Assembly: GCA_963829055.1 (NCBI GenBank)
Contig: CAWHHI010000004.1
Span: forward strand, 1-64,000
DNA: 64,000 bases
DNA from: an uncultured Gemmatimonadaceae bacterium
GTDB lineage: Bacteria > Gemmatimonadota > Gemmatimonadetes > Gemmatimonadales > Gemmatimonadaceae
Direction of reading: 5' to 3'
Part shown: positions 53,567 through 63,223 of the stretch, piece by piece
Layout of the letters: each line of letters starts with the position of its first letter
Numbering within the stretch: the first letter of the stretch is position 1
The notes under the pieces: model-generated
What the model was told of the DNA's origin: nothing
The model's database searches: none
What the model saw: the letters and a program-made list of their open reading frames with translations, nothing else
Program-made: the position numbers and the translations under genes

Positions 53567-54964
53567 TTAGGCGGCGCGGTCTGCGCAGCCCTTGAACTCC
53601 GGGTTGTTCTGTTCGTCCACGTGAACCGGGAAGTTCACGTCCGTGCCGTAGTTCCCGCCCTTGAAGAACGTTCCGGTCGGGAAAACGTTGTCCTGCGTCC
53701 GTCCGTACTGACGGACCAGGCGGCGCAGGTCGCCCAATCGCTGGCCGCGGCTGTACGTCCAGAATGCCTTCTCGCGGAAGAACTGATCGAGTGCCGCCGC
53801 CTTGGTGGCCGGCGCCGTGAGAGCAGGCGTGATGACCGGTGTCGTCACGACGCCGAGGTTCTGCGGTGCTGCGCGAAGCGCGTTGAGGATCGCCGTCATC
53901 CCCGCGAAATCGTTCGCCGCGATCTTCGCTTCGGCCTCGATCAGGCGAGCATCGATGCCGTTGACGACCGGCGTCGGGTCGGTACGGCCCCACAACTGCT
54001 GACTGATGAAGTTCGTCGAGCCGTCAAAGCTCTTGCCAGCCGCGGACGTGCCGGTGGGTGAGCCCGTGTTAGGCAGCCGTGGATCCTTCGACGATGCGAA
54101 CGGAATCGCATTCTTGATGATGCCTGAGGTGTCGAAGCTGTCACCGACCACCCAGCGCTTGGCACTCGTGCTGAGCGCCCAGATCTGGTTGTTGCCGCCG
54201 GTGAGTGAGAAGGTGGCATTGAGCCTGAAGCTCGTCGGCACGGCCGCGACGGCCGTCGCCGCGTCCGCATACCGCGCCAGGTCCACGAGCACGCGGCCCT
54301 TCGCGATGAGGACGGAGTTCCTCACGGTGACCGTCGCCGTATCCGTCGCGGTGGTGAACGTGAGGGCCGAATCCAGGTGGGCGAGGGCCAGCGTGTAGAT
54401 CGCCGTGTTCGTCATCGGCGGTCCGTACTCGGGCATGCCAGTAGACGCGTCGCCTAACGTCTGGCCGTTGCAGAACCACTCGGCCAACTGCATCTCGGCG
54501 AACGCCATCACGAAATACATCTGGCCCAGGTTCGACGCCGGCGTCGGCTTGTACTGGTTCAGCAGGTCCAGCGCCTCACGCGCCGCGGTGCGCGCACGGT
54601 GGACGTCACGATACACCGCGTTCAGGTTCGCATTGTTCTCCTGGACAGTGCGTTGATCGGTCTCGTTGCGCTGCGAGAACGTGTCGCCGGACTTCCATTC
54701 GTCGGTGAGCAGTCCGGTGAACATCCACGGGCTGTCACCGGCGCCGGCGCCGGCGGTCATGTTCCGTAACCGCGCGATCGCGCCAATGCGCAGTGCGTCG
54801 GCGGCTTCGGGCGTATTCAGTGCGCTGGGCGGGATGATATCCGGGTCCTCAGCGGCGAGCAGGTCATCTTTCACGTTGCCGCAACCGAGCGTCAGCAGGG
54901 CCGAGCCTACGGCCGCCGTAGCCAACACCCGGCGTACGCTGATCCTGAAAATTTGCGTAGTCAT
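53567..54964 (-). CDS. SusD/RagB-family lipoprotein
   Basis: LTLGC lipobox; GLLTDE; ARLIEAEA; REKAFWTYSRGQRLGDLRR; FPVHVDEQNNP. Confidence 0.9.
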   Translation of the reverse strand: MTTQIFRISVRRVLATAAVGSALLTLGCGNVKDDLLAAEDPDIIPPSALNTPEAADALRIGAIARLRNMTAGAGAGDSPWMFTGLLTDEWKSGDTFSQRNETDQRTVQENNANLNAVYRDVHRARTAAREALDLLNQYKPTPASNLGQMYFVMAFAEMQLAEWFCNGQTLGDASTGMPEYGPPMTNTAIYTLALAHLDSALTFTTATDTATVTVRNSVLIAKGRVLVDLARYADAATAVAAVPTSFRLNATFSLTGGNNQIWALSTSAKRWVVGDSFDTSGIIKNAIPFASSKDPRLPNTGSPTGTSAAGKSFDGSTNFISQQLWGRTDPTPVVNGIDARLIEAEAKIAANDFAGMTAILNALRAAPQNLGVVTTPVITPALTAPATKAAALDQFFREKAFWTYSRGQRLGDLRRLVRQYGRTQDNVFPTGTFFKGGNYGTDVNFPVHVDEQNNPEFKGCADRAA

Positions 54965-54982
54965 GTGGGTTCCTGGCGACGG

Positions 54983-57900
54983 TTAGAAGCTGAGATTGAG
55001 ACGGGCGGTGTAGTAGCGCGGCGGGCCAGCGGTGAGCAGCGTCTGCTGCGTGTCACCCTGTCCGTAGTTCTGTTCCGGATCGACACCGGTCCAATCCGAG
55101 AACAACGCGACGTTGCGCACGCCGAACGTGAAGCTGCCGCCGGTTGCGCGGATGTACTTCTTCGTGAACGACGGGCTGAAGTTGTACGTGCCCGTGACTT
55201 CGCGGATGCGCGTGAACTTGTTGTCCTCAATGTACCCCGTCTGCGTCGTCGCCGGGACGAATCGGTTGGCGACGGCACGCGCCTGACGCCACAGCGGCAC
55301 GTCGGTGCTCGAGATGTCCTTGCAGGACACCGCCTGCTGACACAGGAACTGCTGCTCCGAGTTCAATACATGGAAGCCGCTCTTGTGATCGATGAGCGCT
55401 TGCAGACGGAGGCGGTGGTTGAACAGCTCGACGCCGTTCGTGATCGAGAGCTCGAGGCGCGGCTGCGAGTAACCGATCCAGACTGCCGTATCGCCCACGG
55501 TGACTTCGTTCGGCGTGATGATGCCGTCGCTGTTCGCGTCGGCGTACTTGTAGGGCTTCTGCCAGTAGCTCTGCAACGGATAGCCCGCGCGCTGCTGGAT
55601 CGTCGTGCCAATGATCGGCGGGATTTCCTTGCCCGCCGCATCCTTGCCTAACGTGATCAGCTTGTTGGTGTTGTGCGAGCCGCTGAACGTCAGGTCCCAC
55701 GAGACCGCGCTGCGATTCAGGATCAGGGTGTTGACGAGTGCCTCGAAACCGTAGTTCTTCACGGATCCGAGGTTCGACTTGACCGAGGTGTTCGCGGTGC
55801 CCGCCGACGGCGCGAGCGTCTGATCGATCAACGCGTCCTTGGATATCTTGTTGTAGTACGTCGCCTCGAGGTTCACGCGGCTGTTGAAGATGCGGGCATC
55901 GAAGCCCGTCTCGAACTCCGCCGACCGTTCCGGCTTCAGATCCTTGTTGCCAAGCAGGTTCGAGCGGAGGCCGCTGACGTCCGTGCTGGCGATGTTCGTG
56001 ATCGTCGTCGCATACGTGCGCGCCGCATCGTTAGGTCCCGGCTGCACGCCCGACGCGCCGTACGACATGCGCGGCCGGAAGTAGTTGAGCCAGTCGGTCT
56101 GCGGGAAAAACGACTCTTCCGACATCACCCACGACAGCGCCGCCTTGGGGTAGTACACGCGCTGGAAGTCCGTTCCGAACGCGCTGTTCTGGTCGGTCCG
56201 GATGGCGCCGGTGACCGTCAGACGGTCACGGAACGTGATCTGCTCCTCGGCAAAGAGCCCGAGCGTCTTCTGGATCGTCGTGGCAGACCGGGCGACGGGG
56301 ATCGTGCCGTCCGCTGGAGTCTGAGCGCCTGGCGGCAGGATGCTGCCCTCGGCGTCCGCGCGATCGTCCTGGAACGACGAGTACTGCGTGCCGATCGTCG
56401 AACGAAGGACGGCGTTGTTGAGCGGCGACCAGAGCGCCGAGGCGGTCAGGTTGCCGGTGAGGCTACGGAGGTTCGTGCGGGCGTCACGGGCAAGGCCCTG
56501 GCGCTGCGTCCCGAAGTCCGGGCACTGCTGGAGCCGGCAGAGACGGAAGTCCTGGCGGTCTGCCAGGTCGACACCGAAGTCACCGCGCGTGTCCAGCCAG
56601 CTCAGCGGTCGCCAGTTCGACGTTCGTGCTCCCGATGAAGCGCTGAACGTTCTGGTTCGTGTACTCCTGGAAGATGTCGCCGGGCGTAAACAGCGCGTAG
56701 CCGTACAGGGGCTGACCGCGCGAGCCTATGCCGGTGTATCCCGGACCCGCTCCCTTGAACCCGGGGCCGGTCTCGGCGTTGTACCAGAAGCTGTTGACGT
56801 TGTTGTCGACCTGTGGCAGCCGCTGATCGAGCTTGATGTAGCCAGTAGATACCGTGAGGTCGAGCTTCGAGTTGATCTGGGCCCGGAGATTGTTCCGGAA
56901 CGATGCCTGGCGAAGCGCGTTAGGCCGGTTCCACTTGTCGTCGACGGCAACGCCGAGTGAATCGAAGCGGCGCTGGTCGTACGCCGGCATGCCGAACGGA
57001 CCGGTCTCGTTCTGAAGCGTCCCGCTCACGAAATACGTCAGGATCTCGCTGCCGCCCGACACCTGCGCGCCGAACTGCTGGCGGTTCCCCTGCTTGATCA
57101 TCGTGAGGTCTTCATCGGCGAACAGATTGTTGATCGACGTGCTGTCCTTGACGCACGCGCCCGTCGAGAGCTCGTACAGGAAGCAGCGGCGAACCGTGGT
57201 CGGCGTCGCCGGCGCATGGCCGAGGATCGCGTACTGCGCCGGATAGTCGTTGAGATCGTGGATCTGGCCGGCCTCGGCGAACGTGCTCCAGCGGGCCGCG
57301 CCTGCGCGTCCGCGCTTGGTCGTGATCACGACGACGCCGTTCGCCGCGTCGGTGCCGTACAGCGTCGCCGCCGACGGGCCCTTCACGATCTCGATGTTCT
57401 CGATCTCCTCCGGGGTGATGTCGTTGACGCGGCTCGGGGTCGTACCGCCGACGCCAATCGCGAGGGAGTTCGTGCCGCCCTGGCTCGTGAGCCGGATGCC
57501 GTCGATGACGTAGATCGGGTCGTTGCTCAACGAGAGCGAGCTGGTACCGCGAACACGCACGCGGCTGCCGCCGCCCGTCATGTTCGAGGGCAGCACCTGG
57601 ACGCCAGGCGCGCGCGCGACGAGCAGGTCACCCATGTTCTTGATGGGCGAGCGCTCCACGACCTTGCCGACGTCGATCGTCGCGACCGTGTTGCCCAGCT
57701 CACTGCGGCGCTGTTCGCCGGTGGCCGTCGTCACGACTTCCTGCAGGACGACGAGCGTGCGATCGAGCTGGATGTCCAGTGTCGCCGCCTGTCCAGCGGT
57801 GACGGTGACCGGACGCTTCTGCTCCACGTAGCCGACGCGCAGTACGCGCACGTCGACGTTACCCGGAGGAACGTTGCGGATCGTGTAGCGCCCTCCGCGT

Positions 57901-58102
57901 TCGTCACCGCGAAGAGCGAGGTACCCAGCAGGACAACACGCGTGTCCGGCAACGGCTCCGATGTGTCGCGAGCCGACACCTTTCCCGTGATGCTCGCCCC
58001 GACCGTTGGCTGTTGCGCGAGACCGGAGGTGGACAACCCTCCAATCAGGAGCGCGACCAAAAGTCCGGGGGACCTGCGAACTGCTCGAACGTCGAGTCTC
58101 AT
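54983..58102 (-). CDS. SusC/RagA-family TonB-dependent transporter, frameshifted
   Basis: RVRVRGTSSLSLSNDPIYVIDG; EEIENIEIVKGPSAATLYGTDAANGVVVITTKRG; LKPERSAEFETG; C-terminal LNLSF. Confidence 0.95.
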
Positions 58103-58466
58103 TGTGACCTCCCTCTTTTCTGGGGAACGTCGACTACGGCGGCCATCCGGACGCACGGAGAAGTCGCGCAGCAAAGTGGCCGAGTGCTGCGCGACCCGGA
58201 CATCGTACCTCGTTCCACGTCAACGTCAAGACGGTTCGTGCTGAAAGACACACGGTTCGTCACGCGTTGATCGGTTGGTCACACCCTACGCGCAGGACCC
58301 GGATACGTCGAGCCATGCGCGGCGAGCGGCCGACTTCGTGCGGTGAAGACGCCCACGCCTGCCCACTCGCAAACTGGTCGTTGCTCCCGCCCTCGCGCAG
58401 CGGTGTGTCAGGCTGCATCGTATCCCCATTGCCCGCCGTGTTTTCGGACCCGGAGATTGCCGACTG

Positions 58467-59627
58467 ATGCTCCTGACCACCCGCCGCAGCCAGGTGGCTG
58501 CCAGCCTCACGCTCATCGCCATGTTCGGCGGTGTCTCGCTCTCGCTCGGCTCACGGGCCGTCACTCCGTCGATCCCCGAACGCATTAGCGACGACACATT
58601 CTGGCGCATGGTGTCGGACTTCTCGGAGCCCGGCGGATTCTTCCGCTCGGACAACTTCGTGTCCAACGAGATCACGTTCCAATGGGTGCTGCCGGAGATC
58701 GCCAAGACCACGAAGACCGGCGGCGTGTACATGGGCGTGGGACCGGATCAGAACTTCACGTACATCGTGGCGATGCAGCCGAAGATCGCGTTCATCGTCG
58801 ACATCCGACGGCAGAACATGCTGCATCACCTGCTCTACAAGGCGCTGCTCGAGATGTCGCCGGACCGGGCGGAGTTCCTCTCACGCCTCTTCTCGCGGCC
58901 GAGACCCGCTGGCCTTGAAGCCGACGCTGGCGCGCCGGCGCTGTTCCAGGCGTACGCGAATGCGCCCGCCGACAGCGCGCTGTTCGCCCGCAACCTCGCG
59001 TCCGTGAAGGAGCAGCTCGTCACGAAACACAAGTTCGCGCTCACGAGCGATGACCTGCGGACGATCGAATACGTGTACACGGCCTTCTTCGCCGCCGGCC
59101 CGGACCTGACGTATTCGTTCACGATGCCCGGTCGCGGGTCGAGCATGATGTTCTATGGTCGCCGCATGCCGACGTACGCCGAGCTGATGATGGAGAACGA
59201 TGGCACGGGGACGCAGCGCAGCTATCTCGCGAACGAGGCGAACTACCGCGTGCTGCGCGACCTCGAGAAGAACAATCTGATCGTGCCGCTCGTCGGTGAT
59301 TTCGCCGGCGACAAGGCGCTTCGCTCGGTGGGACAGTACGTGAAGCAGCACGGCGCGACGGTCACGGCTTTCTATACGTCGAACGTCGAGCAGTACCTCT
59401 TCCAGAGCGACGACTGGCGGAAGTTCTTCACGAACGTCGGGACGCTACCGCTCGATTCGTCGAGCACATTCATTCGCGCGGTGTTCAACTTCAACACGGT
59501 GCCCAGCCAGAGTGGGACTCCGGGCCCGCGTTCGCGGACGATGCTCGCGCCCATCGCCGAGCAGGTCGCGGCGTTCGCGAATGGCGACTTGAAGAGCTAC
59601 TGGGACGTCATCCAGACGTCGCGATGA
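58467..59627 (+). CDS. Conserved secreted hypothetical protein with possible methyltransferase-like motifs
   Basis: Signal peptide; FSEPGGFFRSDNFVSNE, GGVYMGVGPDQNFTYI, AFIVDIRR, FYTSNVEQYL. Confidence 0.75.
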   Translation: MLLTTRRSQVAASLTLIAMFGGVSLSLGSRAVTPSIPERISDDTFWRMVSDFSEPGGFFRSDNFVSNEITFQWVLPEIAKTTKTGGVYMGVGPDQNFTYIVAMQPKIAFIVDIRRQNMLHHLLYKALLEMSPDRAEFLSRLFSRPRPAGLEADAGAPALFQAYANAPADSALFARNLASVKEQLVTKHKFALTSDDLRTIEYVYTAFFAAGPDLTYSFTMPGRGSSMMFYGRRMPTYAELMMENDGTGTQRSYLANEANYRVLRDLEKNNLIVPLVGDFAGDKALRSVGQYVKQHGATVTAFYTSNVEQYLFQSDDWRKFFTNVGTLPLDSSSTFIRAVFNFNTVPSQSGTPGPRSRTMLAPIAEQVAAFANGDLKSYWDVIQTSR

Positions 59628-59661
59628 CGCCGATCTGCTGGGCCTCGAGGGGGCTAGACCT

Positions 59662-59730
59662 ACCGAGCAGTATCCTGCTTCTTCCGTTTCATCCGCGCCA
59701 TCGTTGTTCCCACCGGCCCCGGCGCGATGA
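59662..59730. repeat. Family C right-arm remnant
   Basis: gtatcctg..ttcttccgtttcatccgc..catcgttgttcccaccggccccggcgcgatga, complementary to the arm at ~38208-38270. Confidence 0.7.
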
Positions 59731-59743
59731 CGCCTGACGCACG

Positions 59744-61087
59744 ATGATCGATCCCCTGCGCGGCCTCCATCGCTCCATCGGGCTCACCCGCGCGACGGCG
59801 ATGGTCATCGGGACGATCATCGGCGCGTCGATCTTCGTGCAGCCATCGCTCGTCTCCGGGGCGGTGCCATCGATCACCGGCATGCTGCTGGTGTGGGCCG
59901 TCGCGGGGATCCTCACGCTCATCGGCGCGCTCGTCACCGCGGAGCTGGCGTCGGCGTTTCCGGGCACGGGCGGTGTCTACGTCTTCCTCCGCGAGAGCTA
60001 CTCGCCCGCCGTCGCATTCCTGTGGTGCTGGGCGATGTTCTGGAGCATGCACACCGGCATCATTGCCGCCATCGCCATGGTGTGCGCGCGCTACATCGGC
60101 TTCTTCATCCCGCTCGACGACACCGGCCTCCGCGTCGTCGCCATCATCGCCATCCTGCTCTTCTCGGCCATCAACTACGTCGGCGTTAGGCATGGGACGG
60201 CGGTGCAGACCGCGTTCACCGCCGTGAAGATCGCCGCTGTCGTGCTCATCGCGTTCGCGGGCCTCGTGGTCGCCGGCGCGGTGCCCCCGCCGAGCACGGC
60301 GAGCGCGCCCACGATCATCCCATCGCTCCGCTCGTTCGTGAGCGCGACGGTCGCTGGCTTGTTCGCGTTCGGCGGCTGGCACATGGTCACGTACACCGGC
60401 GACGAGACGGTCGACGCGCGACGCACCATCCCGCGCGCGCTGGTCATCGGCACCCTCGCCGTGACCGCGTCGTACATCGCGGTGAACGCCGCCTACCTCG
60501 CCGTGCTCTCACCGGCTGCGGTCGCAGCCTCGAACCGCGTCGCCGCCGACTTCGCCGACCGCGTGCTCGGCACTGGTGGCGCCGCGGCGATGTCCGCGCT
60601 CGTCATCCTGTCCACGCTCGGCGCCATGACGGGCATCATCCTCACCGGGCCGCGCGTGTACCTCGCGGCGGCAAACGATGGGCTGCTCACGGAGTGGATC
60701 GGCGCCGTGCATCCGCGGTTCGGAACGCCGCACCACGCGATCATGCTCCAGGCGGTGTGGGCGTCGGTGCTCGTCGCGACCGGCACCTACCGCGCGCTGT
60801 TCACTCGGGTCGTGTATACGGAATGGATCTTCTTTGGACTCATGGCGGCCGGGATCTTCGTGCTTCGCCGAAGGGCGGGCTACGCTCCCGCCTACCGCGC
60901 GTGGGGATACCCGATCCTGCCGCTGCTATTCATAGGTGCGACCGCCGTCATCGTCGTGAATCAACTCGCCGCTGATCCGATCGAGAGCGCGACGGGACTG
61001 CTCATCGTTCTCGCCGGTCTACCCGTCTACTATTTGCGAACAGCTCGCCGCGTCTCCCCTCGAACCGTGACCAATGCCGATCGTTGA
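59744..61087 (+). CDS. APC-family amino acid permease
   Basis: IGTIIGASIF, AELASAFPGTGGVYVFL, FAFGGW, HPRFGTP. Confidence 0.95.
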   Translation: MIDPLRGLHRSIGLTRATAMVIGTIIGASIFVQPSLVSGAVPSITGMLLVWAVAGILTLIGALVTAELASAFPGTGGVYVFLRESYSPAVAFLWCWAMFWSMHTGIIAAIAMVCARYIGFFIPLDDTGLRVVAIIAILLFSAINYVGVRHGTAVQTAFTAVKIAAVVLIAFAGLVVAGAVPPPSTASAPTIIPSLRSFVSATVAGLFAFGGWHMVTYTGDETVDARRTIPRALVIGTLAVTASYIAVNAAYLAVLSPAAVAASNRVAADFADRVLGTGGAAAMSALVILSTLGAMTGIILTGPRVYLAAANDGLLTEWIGAVHPRFGTPHHAIMLQAVWASVLVATGTYRALFTRVVYTEWIFFGLMAAGIFVLRRRAGYAPAYRAWGYPILPLLFIGATAVIVVNQLAADPIESATGLLIVLAGLPVYYLRTARRVSPRTVTNADR

Positions 61088-62063
61088 CGTTCACAACCAC
61101 TTCTATCCGCCCGAATATCTCGCGGCGCTGCGCTCCGGCAATAGCGTCGTCCGGGTGACGGTCGACTCGTCAGGCAATCCACACATTCACTATCCCGGCG
61201 ACTACAACGTCGCCGTTGCCGGCCATCGGGACATTGCGTATCGCCACAAGGTGCTGGAGTCGGAAGGCGTGGACACGCAGGTGATCACGCTGACCACGCC
61301 GGGCACGCACGTCGAGTCACCGGCCTACGCCGCGACGCTCGCGACGCTCGTGAACGACGCATTCGCGGCCATCATCGCCGAGCGTGGGCCGCGCTTCTCG
61401 GCGCTCGCGACGCTGCCGCTGAACGACCCCGCGGCCTCGGTGAAGGAGTTCCGTCGCGCGATCGAGGAGCTGCACCTGCCCGGCGCCATGCTGTTCAGCA
61501 ATGTGAACGGCGTCGCTCTGGCGGATGAGCGCTTCTGGCCCCTCTACGAAGCAGCCGACGCGTACGGGGCGGTGTTGCACATCCATCCCACGAGCCCCGT
61601 TGGTGTGGAAGCGATGACCGAGTACTGGTTGATGCCGCTCGTCGGATTCCTGATGGACACGACGCTCGCGGCGGCGCACCTCGTGTTCAGCGGCGTCGGC
61701 GAGCGCTTCCCGAACATCAAGTGGGTGCTCTCGCACCTCGGCGGCGCGGTCCCGTACATGGCGGAGCGCTTCGATCGCGGCTTCCACGCGTTCGAGGACT
61801 GTCGTCGCAACATCGACCGTCCGCCGAGCGATTACCTCAAGCGCTGGTACTACGACACGGTGAACTTCGACCCGCAAGCGCTGAAGCTGGCGATCGCGTT
61901 CGCGGGCGCCGATCACATTCTCGCGGGCAGCGACTACCCGCATCAGATCGGGAGCATCCCGGCCATGCTCGCGGCTCTTCGAGGGCTCGACATCTCCGAG
62001 GCAGACAAGGCGGCGATCCTCGGCGGTAATGCCACCCGCGTCTACAACTTCGCGCGTGCCTGA
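61074..62063 (+). CDS. Amidohydrolase_2 family (ACMS decarboxylase-like)
   Basis: IVDVHNH, LHIHP, SHLGG, YYDTV, GSDYPH. Confidence 0.92.
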   Translation: MPIVDVHNHFYPPEYLAALRSGNSVVRVTVDSSGNPHIHYPGDYNVAVAGHRDIAYRHKVLESEGVDTQVITLTTPGTHVESPAYAATLATLVNDAFAAIIAERGPRFSALATLPLNDPAASVKEFRRAIEELHLPGAMLFSNVNGVALADERFWPLYEAADAYGAVLHIHPTSPVGVEAMTEYWLMPLVGFLMDTTLAAAHLVFSGVGERFPNIKWVLSHLGGAVPYMAERFDRGFHAFEDCRRNIDRPPSDYLKRWYYDTVNFDPQALKLAIAFAGADHILAGSDYPHQIGSIPAMLAALRGLDISEADKAAILGGNATRVYNFARA

Positions 62064-62109
62064 CTTTTCGGGCCGACGTCGCGGACGGTCGTGCCTGTCA
62101 TGAGTACTC

Positions 62110-62233
62110 AGTTCGTGAGTCGTCGGTCATCAGTCATCGGTCGAGTCGTCAGTAGCACCGCAGCAATGGCGGCTCGTAGCTGTTCGCCAGGCGGGACTGA
62201 GAACCTGATGACCGGCGACTCACGACTGACGAC
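62110..62233. repeat. Imperfect inverted repeat with heptamer-like units between convergent genes
   Basis: CGTGAGTCGTCGGTCATCAG / CTGATGACCGGCGACTCACG. Confidence 0.65.
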
Positions 62234-62283
62234 GTGTTACTCGCGATGCCTACCGCGATGCCATTCGTTCTTGCTTCGTCTGC

Positions 62284-63189
62284 CTAACGCCTGAGCAGCC
62301 TGACGATCCGATCGGCAAGCAGCTGACCGGCGCGCCCGTCCGGGTCCCGGTCGGGGTCGTAGATCGTGACTTGCATTCCGACTACGTGTCCCGAGTCGAG
62401 GATGGGCCGCAGCAGCGCGTCCAGCTCGTCGTAGGCGAGCCCGTCCGCCTGACGCGAATCGACGGCTGGCATTACTGCGTCGTCGAGGACGTCCACGTCG
62501 AGGTGAATCCACGCGCCGTTCACGCCGGAGCGAGCAAGATTCCGCGCGACGGTTTCCCCACCAGCTCGCATGCCCGTGTGGCGCAGGGCTTCCAGGGAGC
62601 GTACGTGCATGGCGTCGCGCGCCTGCCGCACGTCATCGCCGGTGTAGTACTTCGGGTCGTCTCGCACGCCGAGCATCGCCACGTCGGCGGGGTGGACGAG
62701 CGGCGCGGGGCCGCCTAACGCCGTCAGCAGCGGCGGTCCGATGCCGACCGCGAGCGCGAGGTCCATCCCCGCCGCGCCGCCGGTGCGCGACACCTCGGGC
62801 GTCTGCAGGTCGTGATGGCCATCGAGAAAGACCAGACCGTACCGCCCGCGGCGCTGCAGCGCGAGCATGCTGCCGAGCAGGATCGAGCAGTCGCCGCCGA
62901 TCACGAGAGGGAAGCGGTGCGCGTCGAGTTGCGCTCCGATCGCGTGCGCGAGCGCCATGCTGTAGTCGGCGATCTCCCGCGCATTCCGGATGCCGGTGGC
63001 ATGATCACGCTCGGGGCTGTAACCCGGTGGGACCACCTCGCCGCCGTCCAGCGCGGCGAGTCGTGGCTGGAGACCGAGCTGCCGGAGGGTCCCGGCCATC
63101 CGTCGTACACCGGGCTCCTTGTTCGACGCCGGCGGCGCGAGCCCGAGATTGCTCGGCGCGTCGATCAGTGCGATCGGCGGACCCGTCAC
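62284..63189 (-). CDS. Arginase-family protein
   Basis: GGDCSILLG, FLDGHHD, HLDVDVLD, IYDPDRD. Confidence 0.92.
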   Translation of the reverse strand: MTGPPIALIDAPSNLGLAPPASNKEPGVRRMAGTLRQLGLQPRLAALDGGEVVPPGYSPERDHATGIRNAREIADYSMALAHAIGAQLDAHRFPLVIGGDCSILLGSMLALQRRGRYGLVFLDGHHDLQTPEVSRTGGAAGMDLALAVGIGPPLLTALGGPAPLVHPADVAMLGVRDDPKYYTGDDVRQARDAMHVRSLEALRHTGMRAGGETVARNLARSGVNGAWIHLDVDVLDDAVMPAVDSRQADGLAYDELDALLRPILDSGHVVGMQVTIYDPDRDPDGRAGQLLADRIVRLLRR

Positions 63190-63223
63190 CGCCGGTCGGT
63201 CTCGATCGTCGGCACGTTAGGCA

